Shown: positions 27,955-42,909, numbered from the stretch's first letter. The stretch is 64,000 nucleotides of DNA from Cycas panzhihuaensis (GCA_023213395.1 CM041465.1:187371741-187435740); one strand, 5' to 3'. Numbers and translations are program-made. Notes: generated by a model not told the origin, from the letters alone.

Positions 27955-28861
27955 AGAGCTAAATAAGATACATTATAGGCTCATGGTAGGTATGTAAAAA
28001 CCATGTCATAGGTCAAAGCCATAAGCTAGGTAAGAAGGCAATATGTAAGAAGGTTATCAGATAGTATAAGGGAATACGAGGTCACTAAGGGTGGTTAAAG
28101 CTCAATCAAAGGACATATTAGGAGACTTGTAGACTAACAACATGACTGAGTAAGGATTGTCATTATAAGGGGGTAAATTATAAGCACTAACATGTAAGTG
28201 ATAAAGTCATCTCAAGTGAGAAAAATAGTATAAAATATTAACATAGAATAGGGGTTAAGTAGTACTTAACATGGGATATTTTATTGTGAGCATGGAATAG
28301 TAAATATATGTTACAACATAGCCATATGGACTATAAACACTAATATGTAAAAAGAATATACACATGGGTTGATATAATATAATGCATAGATACCGATTTA
28401 TACTGATGGAGGAGTCTCATACCCCCAAGGGGGGTGCCCATAGAGGAGAAGGGGCTTATCATGGAATAAGAAGTATTATCATGGGCATAAGGTGAAGTCA
28501 CATGTTATGGATGTGAAGCCACAAGAAAATAAACATGTTTTATTTTTTTGGAGAAATTTTTTAGTGGTTTTATAATAATTAATTTTTTTTAGTTTTTAAA
28601 TAATAATTATAGGTGATAGTTTACACTCGTGATAGAGTATAATGCCCTCATTAGGTGAGATCCCACTAATGGATAAGGATCTGTAATAAGGTGTTGTACC
28701 CATCATGGCAAGACACCCCAAGAAAAGGCAAAACATGCCATAAATGAAGGTAATTTAGGCTTATTTTAGAGCAAGGTGGTAGTTTAAGCTCATACTAGAG
28801 CATGTGCACCCCAATGAGATTAGGATGAGCTATAAAACTACCTAATCAACCCACATGGGAC

Positions 28862-31800
28862 CTATCTAAAATGAAGAGGAAGAGTAAAAAAACATTGGTC
28901 ATACTCAAGCTCAAGGAAAGAAGTGGACACGAGTGAATCATAGATAATGGGTCCATCATGGGATAAAGGTGACCCTGGTTGGCCATCTAAATCATAAATA
29001 AAAGGGGCTTGATAAGAATTAAGCCACATGGTAACAAGATCTAGGAGATCCCACATGCTTTAAACCATGTTTATATTTTATGATAGGGGAGTTGAATGGG
29101 TTTTATCACTCAATGAGGGCCTAAACCATGAGGTAATAAGATGCAATGATCATAGGATAATGTGCGAATGAGTAACAAGCCAAGGGGTATCCTCTTGAAA
29201 GGTTACTTAGAGTAGGAGATGAAGGTGGAGGCTAGCTCAAGTTCAATGACTTAAGAAGGTAATCAAGGATCCTTGGGTAAGGACCAAAAAGAGGGTAAAT
29301 ATCCTCATGGGATTATTCCCCTAGTGTATGGGAAATAAGAGCCATCTGTCATACATGGGGCTCATAGTTCTTAATGTTTAACTTAGGATCATTAAGGATG
29401 GCTAGGTAACCATAACTACTAATGATAATTGGGGTAGAACGAACCAAATTTGGTCTAGGAAAAGGTTGATCTTCATCATAGTAAGATTTAGGACTTTGAA
29501 AAAGGCCCTTATGGGAAGGTTGGGGCTCATCAGGATCACTATCTCTAACATCAAAGATAGCCTAATAAGTTAGGAGAGATGTTTGAGATAAAGGAGGAGG
29601 TCATGAGCCATAACTCACACCTATCCCTCATGGATAAATTTAAGTTACCCCAAAAATGAAGAATAAACTACCTCCATATGATCCAACCGAGGTCATCCTA
29701 AGAGTAGGTTGTAATCAACATAAATATCAAGGATGATGATGTTAACGGGGGCAATCTTATCTTTGAGAGTGAGATGTATAGTAACAGTCTTAAGTAGTAC
29801 CTTTTCACTCCCATCATATCCTTAGCATTTGTAAGGGATAGGTTTAAGAGCCTCGATGCCTAATTTCTTGAGCATCTGAAGGGACATGGCATTAACTTAA
29901 GAGTTATTATCCATAATGGTTCTCTTCAGGGTGAAGTTAGGGGTTTCAATGGTGATGGTAAAGGGATAATGCCAATGATACTCACATTTATTGGTAAGTG
30001 GTAGATCATGTAGATCAAAGGAGATAATAAGAGGCCCATGTGATGTTATAGTGATGGCATGGATAAGTGCATATTTTTGGCTAAGGGCCTTAAGGATTAG
30101 GGTCCACTAGTCAAGACAACTCTACAAGATATCCATCATGGACATGCCTATAAACATAGTATGAAGTTCTTTGATGATTGAGAAGGACTTCCCTTTGCTA
30201 ATGGGTTAGGGAAGAGCTCTTCGAAAATCATATTGTTTGAGAGGAATAGAAATGGTCTTCAAAATAATAGGGATCTATATAAGACAATAATCTACAAGAG
30301 GTTGGTGGGATTTAAAAGCTTCCTTGTCTTCTTTAGCTACTTAAGAGTGAGTTATTAGGTAGACTTGGGTGGTCTCCAATATGTGGATGACCCATTTACC
30401 CTTAGTATTAGGGCATGAAGGAGGGTTTTGAGTTGTAGGGATCATAAGACTAGGGGTATCAATTAGGGACTTTCCCTTAGGTTGATCAAATAGTGGATTA
30501 GAAGGGGTCCCCTTCCTTTAAGGTTGGTTCCACCCGTTACCTCAATGGCATTAGGGTTGTAGAAGTTATTTAGGAGTATCACGGCTTGGGAATAGGTCTT
30601 AGTGGATTAGTTGGTTGAGATTTAGTTTAGAAGTGGATTAGGATTGAGGGTCACATGTTAAATCCAACTCAAACAACTAGATCTGATCATGACTATTGTT
30701 ATAAGCATATTGGCCATGGATAGAATATCACCTCTTTTCAAATGAAGGTTTGGAACTCTTTTCTTGAGAGGATTTAGGACCTTCCTTAGTCAATTACATG
30801 GTTTGAGTGGTCTAGTAGACTAGCTTATAACTATGACAAGGAGCTTGTGGCTTTGTGGTACATTAAGTGGGTTACAATTTTAAATATTTAAGTGCCCACT
30901 CAAAGGAATAGAAAGTGGATATGAATGAGTCCATAGTCTTATCAGTAGTATCAATAAAAGGCTTGGATGATGGTTGTTAGGCCCCTTAGTCATGTGGGAG
31001 AGGTGGTGCCTCACAACATGGCATGTTTTTATAATCTTCTTAAGATTGGCTTCGATCTCAATAGACTCTATGATAAAGCATTTAGCTATGGTTGAACTAC
31101 ATGTAGTCACTCCCATCTTGAGGATCTTGGCATGGACCTCAAGGCATAATGCATTAATGAATATATCTCTCTTCAAGTCCTCAAGTAACATGGCCTTTGA
31201 GGAATAAAGGAGAAACTAGTGAACAAAATCTTTGTTGAGTTCATTTATCCCTTATTTAAGAGAGAGTAGGGCCTTAGCCCCACTCTCGAAGGGTCTTGCC
31301 ACATCAAAATAGTTGAAAAATGTGTCAACTAATTATTAGAAATAGACTAAAGTATACAGGGAGATGGTAGAACCACTTTAATGCATATCCTGAAATGACC
31401 TAGGAAACAACTTCATGAGTATATGGTCAAATACCCAATAGTTTATACATGGCATGGTAAATGCCCTAACATAGTTTGTGGGATCTTGCAAGGAAGTGAC
31501 ATCAAATTTTGGTACTCCTAGTTGATGATGGTGTAAGTTGGTTCTTAAGTCCTTTAAGGAAAGAGGACTAGACCTATAGTCCATGAAGGCTTGTGCCCTA
31601 GGTTAGACTAGAGAATGAGATGGTGTATAGAAAGGTTAGGGGTAATACCTTACTTAAGAAGGATATGGAGGGTATGATAGATAAGGAGTATGATGCTATT
31701 AATAGGGGGCATAAGAAGGAGTGGCATGAGGCATGCCTCCTACCTGATAAGGAGGAGCCATGTTGCGGTAGGAATAAGAAGAATATAGGGATGTTCGAGA

Positions 31801-32900
31801 GTAGCTCAAACTGCCATAAGCTTGGATATAGTAGGAGTGGGAAGCTTGGGTCATTACCCCTTGACAAATAATAGTTAAGAAGGGTGCAATCAAGGGTGCC
31901 ATAGGTGCCTCTTAACAAGTATGAGAAGGTGGGATTGAATGGGATATATAAGAGATAGAGTGTCACAGGGGGTTTTGGCCAAATGGCCTCCTAAAAAAGG
32001 GAGCAACCCCATAGGGGTGGAGGGAATCTACCCATAAATAGGAAGAGGGTGAGATCCTATATGCCCCCATTATTGGGTCATATATCCCAATGGGACATAT
32101 AAGGAGGGGTACACATGGTGTAGATGAGGGCAAATAGATGGTCCTCCACCATATCTCATGTGGCAGGAATGAGGAGGAATGGATGGATTAACTAGAAGAA
32201 TTAATACCATGGTCAATTAGGGGATTAGGGTTTGTAAAGAGAAATAGATTGGGTTACTTAGGAGATGGGTTGAGAAAGGGCCTGAGTTAGGTTAGGTCCT
32301 CCCTTAAGTAAGGTATTTGTAGAGTTAGATGCAGTAGTTATGTTTTGAGGAAGTGAAGTGATAGATTGAGTGGAAATAGAAATAGGTATTGGAATTAAGG
32401 TCATAGAGGTGTTAAACAACAAGTATTAAGCCTAAATAGGAATTCCTCTCGTACTACTACCTCAAAATAGGCTCCTAAGGACTTTGTTATATCCCATGGT
32501 GGAGTATGGGTTTGATTAAAAGGGGTAACATCCCTATCTTACTAACCTAGTTGAATAGGAAATAGAGGAATGATCTATTTAGGAACTTGAATAGGTTCTT
32601 AAGTGGGGATACCGATGATTATATGCATGTGAGACCCAATTAAGTTTTGGCAAAACTCATCGATCTCATGAGAGGGATGTGCTAAATTACCACCTCCATT
32701 GATGTGGTATTCATGTGGATACAACCCTTCGTGTTGAGGCCAATAATAAGCATAAAGATCAAATGCCCATTCAAAGGGGTAATGGCCTACCATGGATGAC
32801 TCTTGGTCCCCTATGGAAGTAGGTGTATATTAAGGATCTAGATTCATAGGTGACAAATCATATAAGTGATGGGAGAATCATCATATCTAAGATCTAACCA
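28862..32900 (-). pseudogene. gag-pro: Decayed gag-protease (possible G-patch) polyprotein of E
   Basis: Gag VPKFD...DPTNY...KLFPRSF (31378-31584) and a Pro-rich upstream segment. Retropepsin-like TIMDNNS...GYDGS...YNLLLG.P...LKF (about 29630-29930). G-patch-like HGLG...KPIQ...HGL (about 29055-29130). Confidence 0.75.
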
Positions 32901-33034
32901 ACACTTCTAGATGAGTAAGGTATCCAAAAAAGGTCCTTGTATAAGCCTAACTAAACACTTTATTTAGAAAGCAAGAATGAAGAGAAAGAAGAGGGAAGGC
33001 CTAGATGTACTAAGTGACTTCCAACTAGCAAGTC

Positions 33035-33050
33035 CCCACTATGGTTGCCA
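33035..33050 (-). promoter_or_regulatory. PBS of E, tRNA-Arg type
   Basis: TGGCAACCATAGTGGG is TGGCGACCACAGTGGG with two transitions; 1 nt from the LTR end. Confidence 0.75.
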
Positions 33051-33051
33051 A

Positions 33052-35521
33052 TGAAATATGCAAGAGAGGGGTAGGTCATAATAACATACCTAACAACAAG
33101 GGCATAGGGTGTGAGAGGCATTTGTGTGAGGTGGAGGGTGAACTAAGGCCCTACTTCAGGCACTTATGTACCACTTAGGCATGGGTTATAGAGTTATATT
33201 ATGTTCTTGTGCAATCATGGGAATGACCTAACTAGAGCAACATAGATGCTTATGTGCATGTGTGAGTAGTATAGGTGTATGAGTAGCAAAGATCCTATCG
33301 CAAACTACAAAGGGAGACATATGCCTAAATGCATCTATATGCTCTTTTTATTTAATGTAAACAAGAGGGTTACCCTAATTGCCAATGCAATATTGCCCCA
33401 TGAATTTGAGAACTTGAAAATATATGATTCCTTTCTTTACTTAGACTCTCAAATAAAATATGTAAAACCTATAATAAAATGCATTAGTATGATGCAATGT
33501 ATATGATAGAAGAAAGTAGGTTTACTTCCTTTTATAGGGAGATTTATGGTTTTTTTCATTTTTTAAATCTTTTTATGCTTGAAGGGAGAAAAATAAATAA
33601 GATGCCTAAAAGAGAAATATACTTTCTTTTTCTTTTTTCTCTTTTTTTTGGTTTTGGGGGAGAAGAGGGAGAAAATTAAATGAAAAGAAAACAAACCTTT
33701 TCTCTTTTTCTTTCTTTTTACTTTTGTTTCTTTCAAAAGGGAAAAAAGGAGGTGTAAAGTAGAAAAATAGCCTAGCCAAGTATCCTTTTACTCCTCCCTT
33801 TTATTTGTTTAGATTTTTCTCTTTTCTCTTTTTGCTCTAAAAAAGAAATAGATTAAGAGGAAAGAAAGAAAGCATACTTGGAGCCAATGTCATGCACTCC
33901 TTTATTGTTACCTTCTTTTGATATAAGATGGCCAGGCTTGAGGTGTGGCTAAAGTAAATAGAAATATTTACTAATATAAAAATTTCTAGAGAAAATGTAG
34001 CATCATTTCTACTTCTCAAGTGGATTTATAACAAAAATAAATTTGCATAAGCGACTCAAAAATGAGGAAAAGTTAGCATAACCATGTGATTGGAACTTAT
34101 CTCTTATATATCCTCACCTTGATGGGTTGATGTAGTGGGCAACTTTAATCTTGGGTTGATAGAAGAGTGACTCCTTGATATCCTAATTCCTATAACAAAG
34201 TAACTACTATACCTATAAAATAGTAACAAGCATCTAAGAAACATTATGTCCATGTAATATCTCATATAAAGAGAAATAGTAAATAATTAAAAAAACATAT
34301 TCTAACCAACTTGATAATGAGAGGGAGGGAGGATCCTAAGATTTAGCTCTATATCCTCAAAATATAGTGGACTCCAAAAGCTATACTTAGGTGTTATCTT
34401 CCCCTAAAACTACCTCCTAGTCTTATGGTCTAGTGGGTAGTAATGGAATAAGAAAGTAGAATGCTAAAAGAGAGGAAAAAGAGAACAAAGCAAGGCTTAT
34501 CCAATAGCAAATACAATACATATAAAATAAACAAACTAGGAAACCATCTTACCAATGTAATAGAAGGAGGATTACCTCATCTTGATGGAGTGGAGGTTGT
34601 CGATGGTTGACAATGCTCTACTTAAGGGTACTTCAATGCTGTTGGAAGGAAATATCTCTAAGTATGTAAGTAAGAGAGGGTGATGTAGACTAAGTATGTC
34701 TAGTTCTCTTGGAATTTTAGTAGCATGATAGTGTTACCTTCACTTCTTCAATCGATCTCCTCTTTTAATAGAAAATAAAAAGGTTTATAGATGAGAGTGA
34801 AGGTGAGAAAGGCAGTTTGCAACCCACAATATGAAAGAAAACAAGGGGATAAATCCATGATACATGCTCATGGATCTGTCCCAAAAACCACATGAGGAAG
34901 AGAATTTTAGGTGTGATTGGCCTCTACGGCCACCCAAAACTAATGAGTATTGATTTGGGGCTAATGTGGGCTACCTATGATTGACAAGGAGGCATTAATG
35001 AGCTAATTATCACTATTAGGACCCAATCTAGGTTAGTGATAATTATACTGCAAAGATATTCATGGTACTATAAAATCATTTATGATACCACTATTGCAAG
35101 AAAAATCTATAGAAGTTTGGTAGCAGATAAGGTTATTTAGTAAAAAGCATATGCAAACAAGCCAGAAATTTATCAATGGTGAAATCTAGGTGTAGGCACA
35201 ATTAACATGAAGAGGTTGATGATGAAACAAAGCATGAAAAATGGATTGAAATGAGACTAGAAGGATCTTGCATGGGGGATAATCATCTATTCCAACTCAA
35301 GAGGCCTAATGGGTGGACTAACAACAAATGATTGAAGTTATATTTTTCATCGACTAAAGGTATACATGGCTCACCATATAAAACAAGCAAGTAAGCAAAA
35401 GTATACATCCACTATCTATGATTATGATATAGAAAATTAATGAAATGTAAAGACTAATGAATCATACCTCAACTTACCTATTTGTCATAGTATCCATGTC
35501 ATTCTTAGGAGCTAGGAAACA
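33052..35521 (-). repeat. 5' LTR of E (2470 bp)
   Basis: Adjacent to the PBS; candidate TATA (CTATAAA on minus) at 34784-34790. Confidence 0.92.
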
Positions 35522-35649
35522 ATAATATTATAATATTTTCTTGTAAACTTGTAACATTACCCATTTGTTATTAAAACCTATCAAAAATAGAGTTTGTTAT
35601 ATTTCTGAGTAGAAGTATAAATACAACTAAAACAAAAAATCAATAGGCT

Positions 35650-38600
35650 TAGGGATGAGTCCAAACTAGGACAAGAAGAATAAGATGAAGTAAACTCAAG
35701 TGAAATGGAAGTAAATGAGATTCCTGGGCAAAGTGATTGATAACAAACTAATATTTCTAGGGCTATGTTAGAGACTATGGCTAAACTATAAATAGTTAAG
35801 AAGTTATCATGAAGATAATGAAAAGGTTTGGAGAAACTATAAGACTATGTTATATAGCATTTAGAGAAAATTCAACCAAGATAGGCTAGAAATTATTAAG
35901 CAGATGTGAAGTAATAATAGGAGAAGCAAGTACATAAAGGTATTTGCTTGAGAATATTAGAGTAAATAGGCTATAAGGAAGATTAAGGATAGTAGTATAG
36001 AATTATGTGTTTCCAAAAGCTCATCCTTAGAGGAAACACTAAGATCAAGGCTAAGATAATCAGAGCAAAGAGAAAAGGGGAGCTTATTGTATTATAAAAT
36101 AAGGAAGGTAAGATTTCCAACCTTCAATGGTGAAATCAAGAATGAAGTTTAGGTTGAATCTTAGTTATTAAATATTAAAAAATACTTCAATTTGAATAAT
36201 TTTTATTTAAATGAAGTGGTTAAGATTTATAACTTAAAGAGAAAAGCTTCATTGTGGTGAGAATATCATAAGAAAGTGAAAGGCATCCATGAGAGAAATA
36301 TGAGATGGAGCAAGTTCATAAAATATTTTAAGAATAAATATCTCTTAAAACAATATTTTCATAAGAAGAAAGATACATTCTATGAATTAAAAATAATGTA
36401 TAAGGACTATTGATGAATATGAATAAGAATTCATGGAGTTGTTACAATATATACCTTATACTCAAGAAGAGAAAGTGAAGGTACATAAGTTCCTTAGTGG
36501 ATTGAATAAAGTAATACAAAATAAGATTAAGATACTAGAACCCAAGACCTTAGAAGAAGCTTTGTGTAAGGATAAACACTACAAAAATCATTGGACCAAA
36601 TATCATGATAAACTAGCTAGCTGGAAAGGCAAGAAACCAATAAAATTAAGATAATAAAGAAGGAAGTTTAGGCAGTAGAAATTTCATCAAAGTGGCAGAA
36701 ACTTCATTCCCCTACAAGGCAACTTGAGATCAAACTTATCAACAACAAATACTTCAGGTAATAGAGGTGAAGGAAGGTGTTATATTTGCAATAAGAGATG
36801 ATATTTGATTGTATAATATTTACAAAAGGTTGGAACAAATAGGAGAGGACACAATATAAAGGTGTAACTTATATAACTTATAGTGGTAGACATCGCTAAG
36901 GAAGCATAATAGAATTCCCACAGCTCCATATAGTTTATCCACAACTAAATTAACTAAATTAAAGATTCAATTGTAAGAGATGCTAGATAAAGTATTTATA
37001 AGACTATGTACATCACAATGAGGAGCTATAATATTATTTGTAAAGAAGAAAGATTGATCCCCTAAGCTATGCATTGATTATAAATAATTGAACAAAGCCA
37101 TTATGAAGAATAAGTACCCATTACTCCAAATAAAGGACTTATTTGATCAATTGAAATATATAATTATATTTATAAATATTAATTTGAGGTATAGGTGTTA
37201 CTAGATTAGAATTAAAAATGAAGATATCTTTAAGACAACATTCAAAATTAGAGATGGTCATTACAAATTTATTGTCATATCATTTGGTCTAACAAATACA
37301 CTAGTAACTTTCATGTGTATGATGAATAATATGTTCTAAGAGTACATTGATGAGTTTGTAGTAATCTTCATTGATGACATATTAGTCTTCTACAAGATAA
37401 AGGAGGAGCATGAAGAGCACTTATGGAAAATACTATAATTACTTAAGGAACACAAGTTGTATATAAAGTTTAGTAAGTTTGAATTATACAAGGAATAAGT
37501 ACATTATTTAGGGCATGTTATATCAGCAAAAGGCATCCTCGTTGATCCTTATAAGATAAAAGCAATCACAGATTAGTCATCCCCTCGTAATATACAAGAA
37601 GTACAAAGCTTTATAGGGCTTGCTAGCTATTATAAAAGGTATGTAGGAAATGTTTTCAAGATTACTACCCTAATTACATCCTTACAAAAAACAATACTAA
37701 ATTTATATGGACTAAATTATATAAGGAGAGATTTCCAATACTAAAAGAAGTACTTACCTCTACATCCATTTTAATTATATTAGATGCAAAAATAAACTTC
37801 TTAGTATGCATTGATACTAGTTTGGAAGGACTTGGTGTTGTCCTTATGCAAGATAGAAAGGTAGTAGCATATGAATCTAGGAAGTTAAAGATATATGAAG
37901 AAATTGCCTAGTCCATGATCTAGAGCTTGCTACAACCATTCATGCATTCAAGGTTTGGAAACATTACTTGATAGGTAGGAAGTTTAAACTCTATATAGGC
38001 CATACTAAATTGCAACATATTTTCACATAACCACAACTCAATGCTAGATAGAAAAGGTGGTAGAGTACATCAGTGAATTTAATTTTGAGTTATGTTATGG
38101 TAAAGGCAAAGAGAATAAGGCCGGTGATGTGCTAAACAAGAAGCACTATATTTTAGTTATAAGTATATACAAATCAAAATTGATTAATTCCATCCTAAAG
38201 GCTTATGAAGGTGACAAATTGTATAAACAATTCAAGGTTATATTATAATAATTAAGATAATAATAAAATATCGATGCTGAGTTACTAAGTTTATAGAATT
38301 TAAAGAGATGGAGAATGGTACCTTGACATATCAACAAAGAATTTATATGCTAAATAACCTAGAGATCAAAGAATATATTTTATGAGAGGCACATGAAGCA
38401 CTTTATACTAGCCATCTAGGTTATAACAAAACTTATACTATAGTGAAGAGATAATTCTTTTCGCTTGGCAAGAAAAGAGATATTTTAACCTATGTGATAA
38501 GATGTTTGACATGTCAAAGGGTGAAAGAAAAATGCTAACACCAAACTAGATTACTACAGTTGTTAGAAATTCTAGAATAGAAATGAGAAATCCTAATAAT

Positions 38601-39630
38601 GGATTTCAACACTAAATTGCTAAAGGACATTAAGCAACATGATGTAATTTTTGTTGTTATGGGTAATCTAACCAAATTTGCACATTTCATCCTAGTAAAG
38701 TCAATTAACACTACTTTTAATATTGTTGTAATCTTTATGAAGGAACTTGTTAGATTACATGGAGTACCAAAGGTCATTGTGTCTAACATGAACAACAAGT
38801 TTACATCAAATTTTAGAAGTTATTATTTTAGGAATTAGGCATAAAGTTATAGTTTAGTATAACTTACCACCTTGAAATAGATAGGTAAACTAAAAGAGTA
38901 AATCAAGTGTTATAATATTTGTTTAGAATATATATGATGAAGAGACCTACCAATTGGGGATATTATTTACTTTTACTAGAATTTGCATATAAAAACTCTA
39001 ACTACTCATACTTATGAATAAGTCAATTTAACACTTTGTATGGTAGGAAGTGTAATATACCTATAAATTAGGACAACTTAGAGGATTAACATGCTTTAGG
39101 ATAGGACAATTTACGAGAAATGGAAATATAAGTAACTAACATTAAACAACAACTAAAGGTAATATAAGGTCACTAGAAAAGTTATACAAACTTGAAGTGG
39201 ATAACTAGAGAGTTCTAGGTTGGTGATCATGTATTCTTAAGAGTCAAAGCCAAGCATGGGTCTATCAATTTAGGAGCTTACAAGAAACTTGCTCCAAGAT
39301 ATTGTAGGCCCCTTGAGATTTTAGAGAGGATATGATCTATTTCTTATAGACTTGTACTTCCACCAATTTTTTAGATACATAATGTATTCCATGTTTGTTT
39401 GCTTAAGAAATATATACCAAATTGTAAGCATATTTTTTATTAGACTGACCTCATGATAGGACCAAACTTAGAATTTGAAGAAATTCCACTTTGGATAATA
39501 TGGAATAAGTGCTAAGGAACATGATCATCAAACAAGTTAAAGTTTAATGGCAACACCCGATGCCTGAAGAAGCTACTTCGGAATTAGAAGAAGATATGAT
39601 GTGGTAGTATCTAGGATTATTTTTAGCATA
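35650..39630 (+). pseudogene. gag-pol: Gypsy gag-RT-RH-INT-chromodomain of D (protease missing)
   Basis: Gag FPTFNGE, KFLSGL...EPKTLEEAL. RT LCIDY, FGLTN, VIFIDDILV. RH YESRKLK. INT MDF...LTKFAHF...RLHGVPKVIVS, IHNVFHV. Chromodomain VKV.WQH...EEAT.E. Confidence 0.9.
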
Positions 39631-39672
39631 ATGAATGGCATTGAGATGATGATTTCTTTAAGGGGAGGGGGT

Positions 39673-42398
39673 TGTAAGGACCCAACCTTGAGGTAATCAA
39701 TCAATGACTTATACATCTTGGACTAATTATCAATAATATTTTAAGGCTACTTCTTCTCTTCTTCTTCTACTTTATCTTCCCTTATCGTATATCATATAAC
39801 AAAATATAGATAAATGTATTATACTACTTATCATTTCATATTTACCCCATGTAAGGTGGAAGTCTAAGATAGTTATTCCATTAATTATGAGGGTGCATCA
39901 AGTGTTAGGATGCATTGGATTATGCTCATTAGAAAATTAGTTTATATATGTGTCAATCTTATTATACAATGTCAAGTTATTTACTAACACTTTCCTTGAG
40001 ATAATATTTTATTATGGATTGCATCAATACAAAAGCTAACCAAGTTACATCTAGAGGGTAAAAAGAGCAAATAATCTAAATATTGGAGGAATAGAGTGGT
40101 GGGTGTAGTTATGGGTAGATATTTAAATATAAGTTTCAACTTTATAACTCATTGACACAACTTCAATAGCTTGTACAATGTTCACACATTCTAGTTATAC
40201 TTTGGGTTATAATCTAGACTACAATCTTGGTCCCTAGTTATACTTTGGGTTGTAATCATGGTCCCTAGTTATACTTTGGGTTGTAATCATGGTCCCTAGT
40301 TGTACTATGGGTTATAATCATGGTCCCTGGTTGTACTCTAGATTGCAATCTGATACTTGATTATTTTCTTTGAATACAAATATACCTTAGAATAGAAGAT
40401 ATGAGGAGTTAAGAATTATACTTTATAATGAAAAGAAATAAACTTTAGATAATACACTTTGGAAATGAAAAGGCATAAAGTCATAAATAAGGAAATTAAA
40501 TGAAGGTTATAAAATACAAAGGGGCTTTTGTATAAATTTACAAAATGAAAGAAAAATAAAATATATCAAATGAGATTATTAAAATGCCCAAGTGTAAACT
40601 TTTAAAGGTAGAAGATGCATTACTAAAGGTTTAATGATCTAGCCAACAATAGTTTCATATAATAATTTAGGTTGGTCAAAGTCTTAATGGCCCATTTTGG
40701 ACATGGTTGGATAGGGATAATTTATTTATTAATGCTGCACAAAGAATTATGGGACATGTATGCACTCTAATGGTAGGGCAACATGTTGACTACAAGGTAG
40801 GAAATTAGAGCATAGAACATAGCATGAGAATCCATACAGAAGAGAATAAAACAAGGAGAAAAACACATGTTAAAGGTATATAACTTTAGAGAGTAAGAAA
40901 ATTTTATGGGAGAATTCACAAGAAAAGGGAAAAGTAATAGATTTTCAGTTATTTTTGGCTACAAGATGCTAGTTTTATCATATTGGGTGCATTGCATTTA
41001 TATTAGGTGTTATTTATATTATATTGGGTGCATTACATTATATTGGATATTATTTTTATCATGTTAGGTGTATTACATTTACATTGGACATTATTTTTAT
41101 CATATCAGATGCATTACATTCACTTTGGGCATTGTTTTAATTATATTGGGTGCATTACATTATATTGGGCAATTAGTTTACTACTAATGACTCTGATTTA
41201 GACTTTATAAAAAGTAACTTTTAGGCTAAATTCATAAATTATCTTGAGGGACAGAGTTGCATGACATTGATCAACCATTTTTAATCTATGTAAGGCTTGA
41301 TTGGTATGTGTATTGAGTGGTATGTGACATTGGTCCCCTTATGTGTGTAAAACATATTAATCCTTTGAGATTAAGCCTATAAGGATGCAGAAGTAAGTGG
41401 CAATTCTAATATTGTCTAGTGAGTTATACATACATACAAGTAAGAGCTAATAGTAGTGTATAGTACCTATAATAATATCTAAGATAGTACATGCTTGGGT
41501 CTATATGCTTACATTAGTAAATTGTCTTAATTAGGATTCTTTAAGTTAACCCATGAGCACATTAGTGCATGTTATAATAACAACATTTGAGACATCACAT
41601 TTTATAATAGAGTTCTTATAACCATCAATTTTGAGACACACATGATTAGATTAAGTTAGGGAGGGATTACTCTATGATTAAGAGGACTACCAGTACTCCA
41701 ACTTTTAGACCATTTTCTTCAACTGAAGGGCATATTCCTTGTTGGATTGTAGATGGTTGGGAGGTGAATCCTCTCATTATAACTTGGTTGTTGATCATAT
41801 TTCATACTATATTCCAAGTGCACATTTTCCATCATATTAATATGTTGTGACATGATATTTTTATTTTTTCATGATTAATTAACCTTGATTCATAATTTCT
41901 CTTTCATGTTTATTTAGTTTTTCTTATTGGTAATACTTACATAATCCATGTTGCATTTCTACATGTCAAATCTAATGATTACATATTGTAGTTACAACAT
42001 GACTAATTTACAAGCAACACTAGCATGATATTTGAATGAATAAGTGATTATTATGTTAGTTACTATAGCACTACTTTTACTTGGGTTTGTAATGTCCTAG
42101 GGGTGAATTATTCTACTATGTAATACTCTTCTTTATGCCTTCACAAATCTAAGATTATTAAGATTAATAACACATAGTTAAATGCTAACTTTGGTAGGAG
42201 AAATCTTTTTGTTTTCTATTATGTCACACTTTTTTCTAGGTAGTGCTTATCGAGGTAAGAGTTTGGTGAGGTATAAGTAGAAATTAGGTCTCTTAGAGTT
42301 GCTTTTAGGTTAAATATAGCTCCTATGGTTGGTGGCAAAGAGACTTGGCTTCTTTGCACTTATTATCAAAGTTACCTTAGTGAACTTAGACCCTTGCA
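39673..42398 (+). repeat. 3' LTR of D (2726 bp)
   Basis: TGTAAGGACC...CCCTTGCA following the PPT. Confidence 0.92.
40972..41175. repeat. About 41-bp tandem array in the D 3' LTR
   Basis: Same unit as 19248-19450. Confidence 0.8.
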
Positions 42399-42909
42399 AG
42401 TTAAGAATTAATAAACAACTTATATAGATGGGTGATAAAGATAAACGAAAGAGATGTTTGAGGATTGATATAAGCAAGTTAAAGAAATGATGCATATGAG
42501 GTATTTCTAGGAGACATATAGGGAATAAAAGATAGGTATTCTTTATGGGAAAAGGGTTTTAACAAAGGCATATTAGAGACATATATAAAGTAATGCATAA
42601 GAGTAAGAGAGAGGGGTAATTAAGGATAAGAATATTGCTTATAAAATAATTTGGTAGGCAGAGAGAAGAAAAATAAGGCCTTATAAGAGGGATATACATT
42701 AACTAAAATAGGATATAAGGAAAGGTAGGGTTTAGTAATAGGAAGAGGAATATCATAACAACCAAAAGGAAATACGTTTTCATTCGATAACTTTCTATGG
42801 GATGAATTATAAAGATAAGAGAGCAATAAGTGGATGATCTTAATAGGGCTAGGATTTCCCCTATAAGAAAGGTAGAATTGAGGGGCTTAGGTTTTAAATC
42901 AACTATAGG
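42399..42909 (-). repeat. Fragment of an X-family LTR, split by F and resuming at about 51340-51450
   Basis: GGCTTAGG...ATCAACTAT|F|...ATATGGGATTCT...AAGAGGAACT...GAAATGGAAGAA matches 2430-2550. Confidence 0.6.
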
